A program made the position numbers and the translations under genes. From the NCBI GenBank assembly GCA_963816395.1, contig CAWFKQ010000009.1, positions 192,001-256,000 of the forward strand: DNA of 64,000 bases, given 5' to 3'. The stretch comes from an uncultured delta proteobacterium. Its GTDB lineage: Bacteria > Desulfobacterota > Desulfuromonadia > Desulfuromonadales > JACZKF01. The notes beneath the pieces are model-generated. The model was not told the DNA's origin. It ran no database searches and saw nothing but the letters and a program-made list of their open reading frames with translations. Shown here one piece after another: positions 32,385-43,707 of this stretch (positions are counted from its first letter, which is position 1; the number at the start of each line of letters is the position of its first letter).

Positions 32385-32395
32385 GGCTCTCCCTC

Positions 32396-32794
32396 CTACA
32401 GGTTCTTCTCTTTCAGGATGTCGACGATCCGGCCGCGGTAGCCGACAATGTCATGCCGCAGGGAGGAGAGCTTGGAGATTTTTTCATCGATCTTCCGGAT
32501 GTGATGGTCGAGAATTTCCAGCAGCCGGGGCATGATCCGGTCGGAATTCTGGTGGATTTTGTAGGTGTCGGCCAGGTCCTGCATCTCCTTGAGGGAAAGA
32601 CCGAGCTCCTTCAGCTTGAGAATGAACTTGAGCCGGGTGATGTCCTCCTTGGCGTAGACACGCATGCCGCCTTCGAGCCGCTGCGGCGGCTCCATGATGC
32701 CGAATTCCTCGTAATAGCGGATGGTGCGGGTGGTGATGCCCAACATCTCGGCCACTTCGCCGATCTGCATGAGATCCTTCTTTTTGGTTTCCAT
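32396..32794 (-). CDS. MerR-family transcriptional regulator, LiuR-like
   Basis: IGEVAEMLGITTRTIRYYEEFG...LGLSLKEM; no metal-binding Cys; sits among acyl-CoA catabolic genes. Confidence 0.9.
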   Translation of the reverse strand: METKKKDLMQIGEVAEMLGITTRTIRYYEEFGIMEPPQRLEGGMRVYAKEDITRLKFILKLKELGLSLKEMQDLADTYKIHQNSDRIMPRLLEILDHHIRKIDEKISKLSSLRHDIVGYRGRIVDILKEKNL

Positions 32795-32801
32795 GACATC
32801 A

Positions 32802-32855
32802 CTTACCTTTACGTAATTTTCAGCGAAAATTAGCACTGGCCAGCTACCCTGTCAA
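32802..32855 (-). promoter_or_regulatory. Regulator promoter with an autoregulatory LiuR-type box
   Basis: Minus strand TTGACA-17 bp-TAATTT (32855-32827); box CTTACCTTTACGTAAT at 32802-32817. Confidence 0.7.
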
Positions 32856-32925
32856 TCGAAAACACGCCTTTTTACACCAGGAACAGTGGGATATCGTTTT
32901 TAACGAGACTAATTCCTTTATTGTA

Positions 32926-32954
32926 TTGACTTTAACGTAATGGTAATGTAAATG
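32926..32954 (+). promoter_or_regulatory. etfBA promoter with a LiuR-type operator over the -35
   Basis: TTGACTTTAACGTAAT at 32926-32941; weak -10 TAAATG after 17 bp. Confidence 0.65.
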
Positions 32955-33119
32955 CAAGTTTAGGTCGCCCTGGAAGGCCTGGGGCAGGCTGGGCTGCGAA
33001 AATTTTCAAACCGGCGTCCGCAGTTTAGGAAATCCGTCCGAAAGCGGCGGAATTCGATCGCAACCACAAGATTGCCCAAGGGGAATCATCCCAACTGGAA
33101 CATCCTATCGGAGGTGATT

Positions 33120-33885
<766 letters not shown>

Positions 33886-33895
33886 GAGAGACACC

Positions 33896-34811
33896 ATGAA
33901 AGCACTGCTGGTAGGCGAATACCGCGACGGCCAACTGCTCGGCAGCACCTACGAGACGGTGGCCTTCGCCCGCACCATCGGCGCCGAAGCCGCCCTGTTT
34001 CTGGTCGGCAGCGACGGGCAGCTGCCCGCCTTCGACGGCACCCTCTATCTGGCCGACGCCGCCCAGGTCGGCGACTATAACCCCGAGGCGCACACCCGGC
34101 TGCTGCTGCAGGCGATCGAGCGCGAAGCGCCCGAGCTGATCGTGCTCGTGCACTCCTCCTACGGCTGGGACCTGGCGCCGCACCTGGCGCTGGCGCTGCA
34201 GGCGGCGCAGATCTCCGAAGTGCTCGAAGTCAGCGACGGCAGCTACATCGTGCCGGCCTGCAACGGCAAGCTGCGCCGGCGGGTGCGGCCCGCCACCGCC
34301 CGCACCGTCATCACCCTGCAAGCCGGCGCCTTCGGCCTCGCCGAGGAGCCCAGCGGCACCCCGGCGGTGGAGAAGCTCACCGCCGAGGGCAGCGGCGCGT
34401 CTGGAGTTTCTCGGCTACGAAGCGGCCGAGAAAGGGGAGGTCGACCTCAGCCGGGCCGAGATCATCGTCAGCGCCGGGCGGGGGATCGGCAAGAAAGAGA
34501 ACGTGGAGGTCATCGCCCGGCTGGCCAAGGCCTTCGGCGGCGAGCTGGGGGCGAGCCGGCCGGTGGTCGATGCCGGCTGGGTCGACCACAGCCGGCAGGT
34601 GGGGACCACCGGCCAGACGGTCTCGCCCAAGCTGTACGTGGCCTGCGGCATCTCCGGGGCGATCCAGCACCTGGCGGGGATGAAGAAGTCCTCCTTCGTG
34701 GTGGCGATCAACAAGGACAAGGAGGCGCCGATCGGCGAGCTGGCCGACGTGCTGGTGGTCGCCGACGTGCTGCAGCTGGCGCCGGTGCTGATCGAAAAAA
34801 TCGGCAAGTAA
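33896..34811 (+). CDS. etfA: Electron transfer flavoprotein alpha subunit (frameshift near 34395)
   Basis: GASRPVVDAGW, QVGTTGQTVSPKLY, GISGAIQHLAGM. Confidence 0.95.
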
Positions 34812-35125
34812 GCCACGAATAAGATCCGATAAAGCCGGATAGATCAAAGGCAGGCTTTCTTCAGTCTTAAATCTTTGGTTGACTGACCCTATTTGAAAGG
34901 GATGGAGCTGTGCCGGCGCCCACCCATTCCCCGCCTGACCTCCCCCTTGAAAGGGAGGGAACGGAGCTGCCGACATCGAGCAGCTCAGCGATCTACAGGA
35001 GGCGCGAGAGTAGTGGGCCGGCGACGCAAAAAATTGCGCAGTATCCGGCACCTGCGCAGAAGGCTGCGGGCAGGGATCGGGAGAGATTTCGATTGGCGAC
35101 AAAAATAATCCTAATAATAAATAAA

Positions 35126-35155
35126 TTGACAAGTAAACTGCGGCTGCCTTATAAA
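35126..35155 (+). promoter_or_regulatory. Sigma70-like rnf promoter
   Basis: AT-rich upstream tract, TTGACA-18 bp-TATAAA. Confidence 0.6.
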
Positions 35156-35191
35156 AACTGGCCATACTGAATTTTTTAAGGAATCCCTTCA

Positions 35192-35773
35192 ATGCTCGAA
35201 CTGCTGCTGATTCTGGTCAGCGCCGTTTTCGTCAACAATTTCGTCCTCGCCCGTTTTCTCGGGATCTGCCCCTTCCTGGGGGTATCAAAGAAGGTCGAAA
35301 CCGCCCTGGGAATGGGGATGGCGGTCATCTTCGTGATGACGGTCGCCTCCGTGGTCACCTGGTTTATCCAGTACTTCGTTCTGGTTCCCTTCGGCATCGA
35401 GTATCTGCAGACCATTGCTTTCATCCTGGTGATTGCCTCCCTGGTACAGATGGTGGAGATGATCATCCAGAAAGCCAGTCCCGTTCTCTACCAGTCTCTG
35501 GGTATTTTCCTCCCCCTGATCACCACCAACTGCGCCGTTCTCGGGGTGGCGGTCCTCAATATCCAGAAGGGTTTCTCCTTCCTGGAGACCGTTATCTTTG
35601 CCCTTGGGGCGTCGGTCGGTTTCACCTTGGCCATGGTGCTGTTTGCCGGCCTGCGCGAGCGGCTCGATCTGAGTCCGGTGCCGAAAAGTTTTCGCGGCAC
35701 CGCCATTGCCCTGGTCACCGCCGGGCTGCTCTCCCTGGCCTTTATGGGCTTCGCCGGGCTGGTCAAGGGATAG
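35192..35773 (+). CDS. rnfA: Rnf complex subunit A
   Basis: [23 protein letters not shown]. Confidence 0.95.
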   Translation: MLELLLILVSAVFVNNFVLARFLGICPFLGVSKKVETALGMGMAVIFVMTVASVVTWFIQYFVLVPFGIEYLQTIAFILVIASLVQMVEMIIQKASPVLYQSLGIFLPLITTNCAVLGVAVLNIQKGFSFLETVIFALGASVGFTLAMVLFAGLRERLDLSPVPKSFRGTAIALVTAGLLSLAFMGFAGLVKG

Positions 35774-35860
35774 TCCAGGGTCATAGGGTCGAAGGTCCAA
35801 AGTCGAAAATCAACCATTCGTGAGATGACTTTGGATCGGGACCTGGGACTCGGGACACTT
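35772..35860. repeat. Inverted heptanucleotide repeat array
   Basis: GTC at 35773, 35780, 35788, 35795, 35802; complementary GAC/GAT at 35827, 35834, 35840, 35847, 35854. Confidence 0.6.
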
Positions 35861-35874
35861 TTTAGAGGTCTTTC

Positions 35875-36720
35875 ATGCTTGCAGCAATAATCAGCCTGGG
35901 CGGCATTGGCCTGTTGGCTGCGGTCGCCCTCGGTTTTGCCGCCAAGAAGTTCGCCGTCGAGGAAGATCCGCGGGAACTGGCGGTGCTGGAGGTCCTTTCC
36001 GGAGCCAACTGCGGCGCCTGCGGTTATCCCGGCTGCGCCGCTTACGCCAAGGCGGTGGCCAGCGGTGAGGCCGCCCCCAATCTATGCACTCCCGGCGGCC
36101 AGAGGACCATCGAACAGGTCGCCCATATCATGGGAGTGGCGGCGGTCAAGGCCGAACCCCAGGTCGCGGTGGTCCTCTGCCAGGGGGATAACGACAGGGC
36201 CCGGGCCAAGTACCGCTATCTCGGCATCAGCGACTGCAATGCCGCCCAGAAGATCGCCGACGGCCCCAAGGAGTGCCCCGGCGGCTGCCTGGGGCTGGGC
36301 ACCTGCGCCCGCGTCTGCCCCTTCGGCGCCATCGAAATCACTCCCCAGGGGTTGGCGGTAATCAGCCGTGAGAAATGTACCGGCTGCCGCAAGTGCGTTC
36401 CCGCCTGTCCGCGCGACGTCATTCACATGACCCCCCTCGACGCCACCGTGCATGTGCTCTGCAACAGCCACGACAAGGGGGCGCAGGTGCGCAAATACTG
36501 TCAGGTCGGCTGTATCGCCTGTCAGATCTGCGTCAAAACCGTTCCCGACGCCTATAAGGTGGAGGACAACCTGGCGACCGTGCTCTATGCCCACGCCAGC
36601 GAAGCGGCGCCGGCGGTGGCCAAATGTCCGACCAAGTGCATTCGGGATTTCACCGAGGGTTATCCGCAGGGCAGCCGTTTCACCCCGCCCGTGGTGCCGG
36701 TCAAGCCGGACGCGGCATGA
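35875..36720 (+). CDS. rnfB: Rnf complex subunit B (polyferredoxin)
   Basis: N-terminal TM, ANCGACGYPGC, several ferredoxin motifs. Confidence 0.93.
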   Translation: MLAAIISLGGIGLLAAVALGFAAKKFAVEEDPRELAVLEVLSGANCGACGYPGCAAYAKAVASGEAAPNLCTPGGQRTIEQVAHIMGVAAVKAEPQVAVVLCQGDNDRARAKYRYLGISDCNAAQKIADGPKECPGGCLGLGTCARVCPFGAIEITPQGLAVISREKCTGCRKCVPACPRDVIHMTPLDATVHVLCNSHDKGAQVRKYCQVGCIACQICVKTVPDAYKVEDNLATVLYAHASEAAPAVAKCPTKCIRDFTEGYPQGSRFTPPVVPVKPDAA

Positions 36721-36757
36721 AATCATTTACCACGGAAGTCAAAGATCCGGGATTCCG

Positions 36758-38075
36758 ATGAAGCTCAAGACCTTCCCCGGCGGCCTGCATCCGCCCGACA
36801 ACAAGCAGTGGTCGGCCCACAAGGCGATCGAAACCTGCCCCCTTCCCGAGGAGCTGATCATCCCCTTTTCCCAGCACATCGGCGCTCCCGCCGAGCCCTG
36901 CGTGCAGAAGGGGGAGCAGGTAAAGAAGGGGCAGGTCATCGGCCAGGCCAAGGGGTTCGTTTCCGTGCCGGTGCATGCCTCCACCTCCGGGGAAGTGGTG
37001 GCGGTGGAACCGCGGCTGCACCCGAGCGGCCGCCGTCTGGCGGCGGTGGTGATCCGGCCGGACGGCGAGGATGCCTGGATTGAAGGACTGCAACCGGCCG
37101 CGGCCGCAGATGTTGGCCCCGAACAGATTATTGATCGCATCCGCCGGGCCGGCGTGGTTGGAATGGGCGGCGCCACCTTCCCCACCCACGTCAAGCTCAG
37201 CCCGCCGGAAGGGAAGAAGATCGACACCCTGATCATCAACGGGGTTGAATGCGAGCCGTATTTGACCGCCGACCACCGGCTGATGCTGGAAGAGCCGCAG
37301 CGTATTCTCGACGGTATCGCGCTCCTCGGAAAGGCCCTCGGGGTCAGCCGCGTCCTGCTCGGCATCGAGGCCAACAAACCGGATGCCATTGCGTTGATGA
37401 CCAGGACGGCTGCCGGCGGTGCCGTCGAGGTGGTTCCCCTGGAAGTCAAGTACCCGCAAGGCGCGGAGAAGCAGCTCATCCTTGCCTTGACCGGCCGGGA
37501 GGTCCCCTCCGGGGGGCTGCCGATGGATGTCGGGGTGGTGGTGCAGAACGTCGGCACCGCCGCGGCGGTTGCCGACGCCGTAGTGCTTGGCGAGCCGCTT
37601 ATCGAGCGCATCGCCACCGATTACCGGGCCGGGGGTTAAGGAGCCGAAAAACCTGCGGGTACGCGTCGGTACCCCGCTGGCTCACCTGATCGCCTGCTGC
37701 GGCGGCTTGACCGGGGATCCGGGCAAGATCATCATGGGCGGGCCGATGATGGGAGCCGCCCAACTCTCCCTCGATATTCCCGTTACCCGCGGCACTTCCG
37801 GACTCCTCCTCTTTCGCCCAGGGGACCTGCCGCTGCAGCCCGAGGGGCCCTGTATTCGTTGCGGGCGCTGCGTCCGGGTCTGTCCGGCACGCATCATGCC
37901 GACCACCATCGCCGCCTACGCCCGTCTCGACCAGATGGATCAGGCGGAAGAGTTCGGCGCCATGGACTGCATCGAATGCGGCTGCTGCACCTATACCTGC
38001 CCTGCCGCCATCCCTCTGGTGCAGGCGATTCGCCAGGCCAAGGGGGCGATTCTGGCCAAGAGAAGGAAGGTCTGA
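36758..38075 (+). CDS. rnfC: Rnf complex subunit C (frameshift near 37615)
   Basis: QHIGAP, GMGGATFPT, ECEPYLTAD, CIRCGRC, CIECGCC. Confidence 0.95.
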
Positions 38076-38076
38076 C

Positions 38077-39066
38077 GTGGAAAACCAGCTCTATCTCTCC
38101 TCCTCTCCCCATATCAGGGCAATAGAGACAACCGACCGGGTGATGCGGTCGGTGATCTACGCCCTGCTGCCGGCCTGCGCCGTCTCCGTCTATTTTTTCG
38201 GCCCGCCCGCTCTTTTTCTGCTGCTGATCACCACCCTCGGCTGCGTGGCTGCTGAAGCCGTCTTTCAGCGGCTTATGGGTGTGCCGCTGGCGATTGCCGA
38301 TGGCAGCGCCGCTCTCACCGGCATTCTGCTCGCCCTGAACCTGCCGCCGCACAGCCCATGGTGGCTCGCCCTGATCGGGGCGGTGGTCGCCATCGGCCTC
38401 GGCAAGCAGGTTTATGGCGGCCTCGGCAGCAATCCATTCAACCCCGCCCTGGTGGCGCGGGTGGTGCTGTTGATCTCCTTTCCGGTGCAGATGACGACCT
38501 GGCACGCCCCCGCGCCATGGGGGTCGGCAGTCGATGCAGTGACCACCGCCACGCCGCTGGGGGAGATGAAAACGGCGGTGATGATGACCGGCAAGCTGCC
38601 GCCGGGTCTGGAGCAGCATCTCGGCAACTATTTTCTCGGCCAGATGGCCGGCTCCCTCGGGGAAATATCCGCCCTCGCCCTGCTGCTCGGGGCCGCTTTC
38701 CTGCTCTGGAAACGAATTCTCACCTGGCACATCCCGACCGCTTACCTGGCGACGGTGGTTCTGTTCTCCGGCATCTTCTGGCTCGCCGATCCTTCCCGCT
38801 ACCCGAGCCCGCTGTTCCATCTCCTTACCGGCGGCCTGATGCTCGGCGCCTTGTTCATGGCGACCGATATGGTCACTTCGCCCCTCACCAACAAGGGGAT
38901 GCTGATATTCGGCTTCGGCTGCGGGCTGATCACCGTTCTCATTCGCCTTTTCGGCGGATATCCGGAAGGGGTTTCCTTTGCCATTCTGCTGATGAACGCC
39001 GCCACGCCGCTGATCGATCGCTTCACCAAGCCGAAAAAGTTCGGCTATGTGCCGGAAGCGGGGTAG
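38077..39066 (+). CDS. rnfD: Rnf complex subunit D
   Basis: SSPH, GGLGSNPFNPA, FMN site TTATPL, MATDMVTSP. Confidence 0.95.
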   Translation: MENQLYLSSSPHIRAIETTDRVMRSVIYALLPACAVSVYFFGPPALFLLLITTLGCVAAEAVFQRLMGVPLAIADGSAALTGILLALNLPPHSPWWLALIGAVVAIGLGKQVYGGLGSNPFNPALVARVVLLISFPVQMTTWHAPAPWGSAVDAVTTATPLGEMKTAVMMTGKLPPGLEQHLGNYFLGQMAGSLGEISALALLLGAAFLLWKRILTWHIPTAYLATVVLFSGIFWLADPSRYPSPLFHLLTGGLMLGALFMATDMVTSPLTNKGMLIFGFGCGLITVLIRLFGGYPEGVSFAILLMNAATPLIDRFTKPKKFGYVPEAG

Positions 39067-39076
39067 GAGGGAAGAT

Positions 39077-39684
39077 ATGAAAGACATCGTCCGTCTCGCC
39101 CTGGTGCTCACCATTATCGCTGCCGGCGCCGGCCTCATCCTCTCCATGGTGGAGGCGGTGACCCGCGCGCCGATCGCCGAGCAGCGCCGCCTGGAAACCC
39201 TCAAGGCCCTCAAGGCCGTTCTGCCGCCGGTGGACAATGCACCGGATACCGACACGGTCACCCTGGTGACCGGTCGTGACCGCAAGGGGAAAGAAACCGC
39301 CCGCACCTTTTACCGGGGCGCGGCAGAGTGGAGAGTTGGCGGGCGTCGCCTTCAAAGTAGTTTCCACCGAGGGCTACGGCGGCGATATCGTCATTATGGT
39401 GGGGGTTCGGCCCGACGGCACGGTCAACGGCATCGAAATTCTGCAGAACAGCCGAGACCCCCGGGTTGGGCAGCAAGATTACCGAGCCCAGGTTCAAGAA
39501 GCAGTTCGCCGGCAAGAGTCTGGAGAACGCCGACTGGCGGGTGAAGAAGGATGGCGGCGATTTCGATCAGATCACCGGCGCCACCATCTCGCCCCGGGCG
39601 GTCGTTTCGGCCGTCCGTCGCGGCCTGGAATTCTTCAAGCAGCACCGGCCGGAGATCGTTGCGGGAGAGGGAAAAAAGGGATGA
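39077..39684 (+). CDS. rnfG: Rnf complex subunit G (two frameshifts)
   Basis: N-terminal TM, GYGG, ETPGLG after repair, FMN site ITGATIS. Confidence 0.9.
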
Positions 39685-40274
39685 ATCTGGTCCGGGAATT
39701 TACCAAGGGGCTCTGGGGGGAGAATCCGACTTTCAAGCTGGTGCTGGGGATGTGTCCGACTCTGGCGGTCACTACCAGCGCCATCAACGGCATCGGCATG
39801 GGGCTGGCCACCACCTTCGTCCTGGTCTGCTCCAATGTCGCCGTGGCCATGATGCGGCGGCTGATCCCGGCGAAGGTGCGCATCCCCTCCTATATCGTCC
39901 TCATCGCCTCTTTCGTTACCGTGGTCCAGTTGGTAATGGAAGCCTATACCTACGACCTGTACAAGGCGCTGGGCATCTTCATCCCCCTGATCGTGGTCAA
40001 TTGCATCATTCTCGGCCGGGCCGAGGCCTTTGCCGGAAAAAACCCGGTCGTCCCCTCCCTCGTCGATGGCGCCGGCATGGGTATCGGATTTACCCTGTCG
40101 CTCTTCGTTCTCGGTTCGGTCCGGGAATTCCTGGGTGCCGGGGCCATCCTTGGCGTCAACCTGCTCGGTTCCGGCTATATCCCTTTTCTGCTGTCGATTC
40201 TTCCTCCCGGTGCTTTTATCGCCCTCGGCCTGCTGCTGGCCGGGATGAACCGCCTCGAAGCGAAGCGCGGATAA
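39681..40274 (+). CDS. rnfE: Rnf complex subunit E
   Basis: [30 protein letters not shown]. Confidence 0.95.
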   Translation: MNLVREFTKGLWGENPTFKLVLGMCPTLAVTTSAINGIGMGLATTFVLVCSNVAVAMMRRLIPAKVRIPSYIVLIASFVTVVQLVMEAYTYDLYKALGIFIPLIVVNCIILGRAEAFAGKNPVVPSLVDGAGMGIGFTLSLFVLGSVREFLGAGAILGVNLLGSGYIPFLLSILPPGAFIALGLLLAGMNRLEAKRG

Positions 40275-40405
40275 GGGTTTCAAAGCCACCATTCTCCGCG
40301 TCTTATTCCGGTTCGATCGGCCCTTCTCAGAGGCCGGAATCCACCCGCCGAAACGGTCGACTTAATCCGCGTAACCCCTTATTAAACCACTGTTCTGACG
40401 AGAAA

Positions 40406-40463
40406 ATCTGCATACAGTATACTGTATTTTTCCCTTGACAAGGGATTTAAAGTGTCCTAACTT
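40406..40463 (+). promoter_or_regulatory. nuo promoter with an HgtR-like operator
   Basis: Palindrome ATACAGTATACTGTAT at 40412-40427; TTGACA(40435)-17 bp-TAACTT; TCCCTTG-A-CAAGGGA inverted repeat over the -35. Confidence 0.7.
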
Positions 40464-40536
40464 GCACGGCTGAATCCAAAGCACCATCCGTCCTTGCCCA
40501 CATTGCCGCAGTAAACCCCTTGGGAGGAGCCGCTTC

Positions 40537-40893
40537 ATGCTGGATATTTATCTGCCGATACTTGTCCTCATCGCCATTGCCCTGGCCTTTGCCCTCGGAT
40601 CTGTCATCTTCTCCCGCCTGGTGGGACAGAAGAAGCCGAGTGCCGTTAAGCTGGCGCCTTACGAGTGCGGAATGCCGCTCATCGGCACCGCCCGTGAGAG
40701 GGTATCGGTCAAGTTTTACATCATCGCCATGCTCTTTATCCTCTTCGACATCGAGGCGGTTTTTCTCTATCCCTGGGCGGTGGTGTTCAAGAAACTCGGA
40801 CTCTTTGGTTTCGCTGAAATGGGTGTGTTCATCGCCATCCTGCTCGTCGGCTATATCTACGTCTGGAAAAAAGGAGCTCTGGAATGGGAGTAG
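40537..40893 (+). CDS. nuoA: NADH-quinone oxidoreductase subunit A
   Basis: PYECG, FILFDIE, GALEWE. Confidence 0.97.
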   Translation: MLDIYLPILVLIAIALAFALGSVIFSRLVGQKKPSAVKLAPYECGMPLIGTARERVSVKFYIIAMLFILFDIEAVFLYPWAVVFKKLGLFGFAEMGVFIAILLVGYIYVWKKGALEWE

Positions 40894-41393
40894 AGCAAAC
40901 TCTGGGGAATAACATCATCGTCACCAGTCTGGACAAGGTCGTAAACTGGTCCCGTTCCAGATCATTGTGGCCGATGACCTTCGGCCTGGCCTGCTGCGCC
41001 ATCGAAATGATGGCTGCCGGGGCCGCCCGCTTCGACCTTGACCGACTCGGCGTCCTGTTCCGTGCTTCGCCCCGCCAGGCCGACCTGATCATCATCGCCG
41101 GGACGGTGACCAAGAAGATGCTCCCGGTCATCAAGACGGTTTATGAGCAGATGCCGGAGCCCCGTTACGTCATTGCCATGGGAGCCTGCGCCTGCTCCGG
41201 CGGAATTTTCGACACCTACAGCGTGGTTCAGGGAATTGATGAAGTCCTGCCGGTGGATGTTTATGTGCCCGGTTGCCCACCGCGACCCGAGGGTCTTCTT
41301 TACGGTTTACAAAAACTGCAGGAGAAGATCATGAAGGAGCGCAACTCCTTCGGTGCCGCCATCGGGGTCGGTGAGCGGATCAGCGAAGCCTAA
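40884..41393 (+). CDS. nuoB: NADH-quinone oxidoreductase subunit B
   Basis: [18 protein letters not shown]. Confidence 0.97.
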   Translation: MGVEQTLGNNIIVTSLDKVVNWSRSRSLWPMTFGLACCAIEMMAAGAARFDLDRLGVLFRASPRQADLIIIAGTVTKKMLPVIKTVYEQMPEPRYVIAMGACACSGGIFDTYSVVQGIDEVLPVDVYVPGCPPRPEGLLYGLQKLQEKIMKERNSFGAAIGVGERISEA

Positions 41394-41424
41394 CGCCGGT
41401 CACGCGGCCGGAGCAACCAACAGG

Positions 41425-41916
41425 ATGACGACTATGACTGAGCATGTTGCCGTTACCAAGCTGAAGGCGAAGTTTTCCGACTCCGTCCTTGAGGTGAAGG
41501 AATTCCGCGGAGAAACCTCCGTTACCGTGAAGAAGGAAGAAATCGTTGCGGTCTGCACTTTCCTGAAGAAAGAGCTCGGCTACAACTTTCTCACCGACCT
41601 CTGCGGCGTCGATTACCTGGGGCAGACACCCCGGTTTATGGTGGTCTACCATCTCTACAACATCGGCACCAAGGAGCGGCTGCGGCTGAAGGTGCCGGTG
41701 GAGGAGAAGGACCCGAAAGTCGATACGGTCAGCGGCGTCTGGTCAACCGCCAACTGGCACGAGCGGGAATGCTGGGATCTGCTGGGCATTTCCTTCAATA
41801 ACCATCCCGATCTGCGCCGGATTCTTATGCCGGCCGACTGGGAAGGGCATCCGCTGCGCAAGGACTATCCGCTGCAGGGTCCCGGTCGAGCCCCTTACCA
41901 GGGCCGGCTTTCCTAG
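41425..41916 (+). CDS. nuoC: NADH-quinone oxidoreductase subunit C
   Basis: ANWHERECWDL, HPDLRRIL, GHPLRKDYP. Confidence 0.95.
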   Translation: MTTMTEHVAVTKLKAKFSDSVLEVKEFRGETSVTVKKEEIVAVCTFLKKELGYNFLTDLCGVDYLGQTPRFMVVYHLYNIGTKERLRLKVPVEEKDPKVDTVSGVWSTANWHERECWDLLGISFNNHPDLRRILMPADWEGHPLRKDYPLQGPGRAPYQGRLS

Positions 41917-41960
41917 GCGCCCCCCGTAATCACCTTTCTTTTCGATAGACGAGGCACGCG

Positions 41961-43145
41961 ATGGCGACAACCGAAATCATGACCGTAAATATGGGGCCCC
42001 AGCACCCTTCCACGCACGGGGTTCTGCAGCTGGTCCTCGAGCTGGATGGGGAAGTGGTCACCAAGACCACTCCGCATATCGGTTTCCTGCACCGCGGGGT
42101 GGAGAAGCTCTCCGAGTATCGGACCTACCATCAGGCCCTGCCCCTCACCGACCGTCTCGATTACCTGGCGCCCATGCACAACAATCTCGCCTATGCGCTG
42201 GCGGTGGAGAAGCTGCTGGGGATCACCGAGCAGATTCCGGAGCGGGCTCAGGTCATCCGGGTCATCATGGCCGAGCTGACCCGCATCAAAAGCCACCTGG
42301 TCTGGCTGGCCACCCATGCTCTCGATATCGGCGCCATGACCGTGTTCATCTACTGCTTCCGGGAGCGGGAGCGGATCATGGACATTTACGAGAAAGTATC
42401 CGGTGCCCGGATGACCTCCAATTACCTGCGCATCGGCGGCCTGATGGCCGACCTGCCGCAGGGGATCGAGAAGGATATCCGTCTCCTTTATCGACGAGAT
42501 GCCCGGCCATATCGACACCTATGAAGGGCTGCTGACCGGCAACAAGATCTGGCAGAAGCGCATCATGGGCGTCGGTGTGATCAGCGCCGAAGATGCCATC
42601 GATGTCGGCCTCACCGGTCCGTCCCTGCGTGGCTCCGGCGTCGATTGGGACCTGCGGCGCGACAATCCGTACAGCGGCTATGAGAACTATGACTTCCAGG
42701 TGATCACCGGCACCGGCGAGGGAGATACCTGGAGCCGGTACAAGGCTCGTCTGCGATGAAATGCGCGAGTCCTGCAAGATCGTCCGCCAGGCCCTCGATC
42801 GCCTGAAGCCGGGGCCGATTCTGGCCGATCTGCCGAAAATCTGCCTGCCGCCGAAGAAGGATGTGGTCAATTCCATCGAGGGGCTGATCCACCACTTCAA
42901 GATCATCAGCGAGGGCTTCAAGCCGCCGGTCGGGCGAGATTTACAGCGGGGTCGAAAATCCAAAGGGAGAACTCGGCTTCTATTTTATCTCCGACGGATC
43001 GTCCCACCCGTATCGGATGAAAATCCGCTCCCCTTCCTTCATCAACCTGCAGGCGCTGCCGCAGATGGTCGAGGGGCGGATGATCGCCGACGTGGTGGCA
43101 GTCATCGGCACCCTGGATATCGTTCTTGGCGAAATCGACCGGTAA
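41961..43145 (+). CDS. nuoD: NADH-quinone oxidoreductase subunit D (about three frameshifts)
   Basis: [29 protein letters not shown], ends GEIDR*. Confidence 0.95.
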
Positions 43146-43172
43146 CCTATCCGCTTGAAAGAGGCGACTTCC

Positions 43173-43670
43173 ATGAGCAACGCTGCGGAAACTATTCAGG
43201 AGCAGGAAATCGATCTGACCGCCGCCAACGAGGTGATCGATCACTACCTGAACATTAAAGGCGCACTGATGCCGGTGCTGCAGGGGATACAGGACCGCTA
43301 CGGGTATATCCCGGAACCCTGCGTCCACCTGGTGGCGGAGCGGCTGAATGTCTATCCCAGCCAGATCTACGGGGTTCTCACCTTCTACGCGCAGTTTCAT
43401 CTCGAACCGCGCGGCAGGTATATCGTCCGCGTCTGCATGGGCACCGCCTGCCATGTCAAGGGTGCCGGTCGCATCGCCGACACGGTGGAGGAGCGCCTGG
43501 GGATCGGGCATGCCCAGACCACTCCGGATCTCAAGTTTACCGTCGAACATGTGGCCTGCATCGGCGCCTGCGGCATGGCCCCGGTCATCATGGTGAACGA
43601 TGCCACCTACGGCAGCATGTCCGTGCAGAAACTCGATGAGGTGGTGAATAAATACAGGGCCGCGGAATAG
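43173..43670 (+). CDS. nuoE: NADH-quinone oxidoreductase subunit E ([2Fe-2S])
   Basis: CMGTACH, CIGACGMAP. Confidence 0.93.
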   Translation: MSNAAETIQEQEIDLTAANEVIDHYLNIKGALMPVLQGIQDRYGYIPEPCVHLVAERLNVYPSQIYGVLTFYAQFHLEPRGRYIVRVCMGTACHVKGAGRIADTVEERLGIGHAQTTPDLKFTVEHVACIGACGMAPVIMVNDATYGSMSVQKLDEVVNKYRAAE

Positions 43671-43707
43671 CTTTTTATTTTATCAAACCAACCGGGGATG
43701 ATGCCAA

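Noticed and set aside
35772..35860. Possible CRISPR array
   Set aside because: Units are 7 nt and degenerate, with no spacers or cas genes; recorded as a short-period repeat.
42755..42760. TGA inside nuoD as possible selenocysteine
   Set aside because: It arises from a local indel (expected ...DEMRES...), and NuoD has no Sec site.
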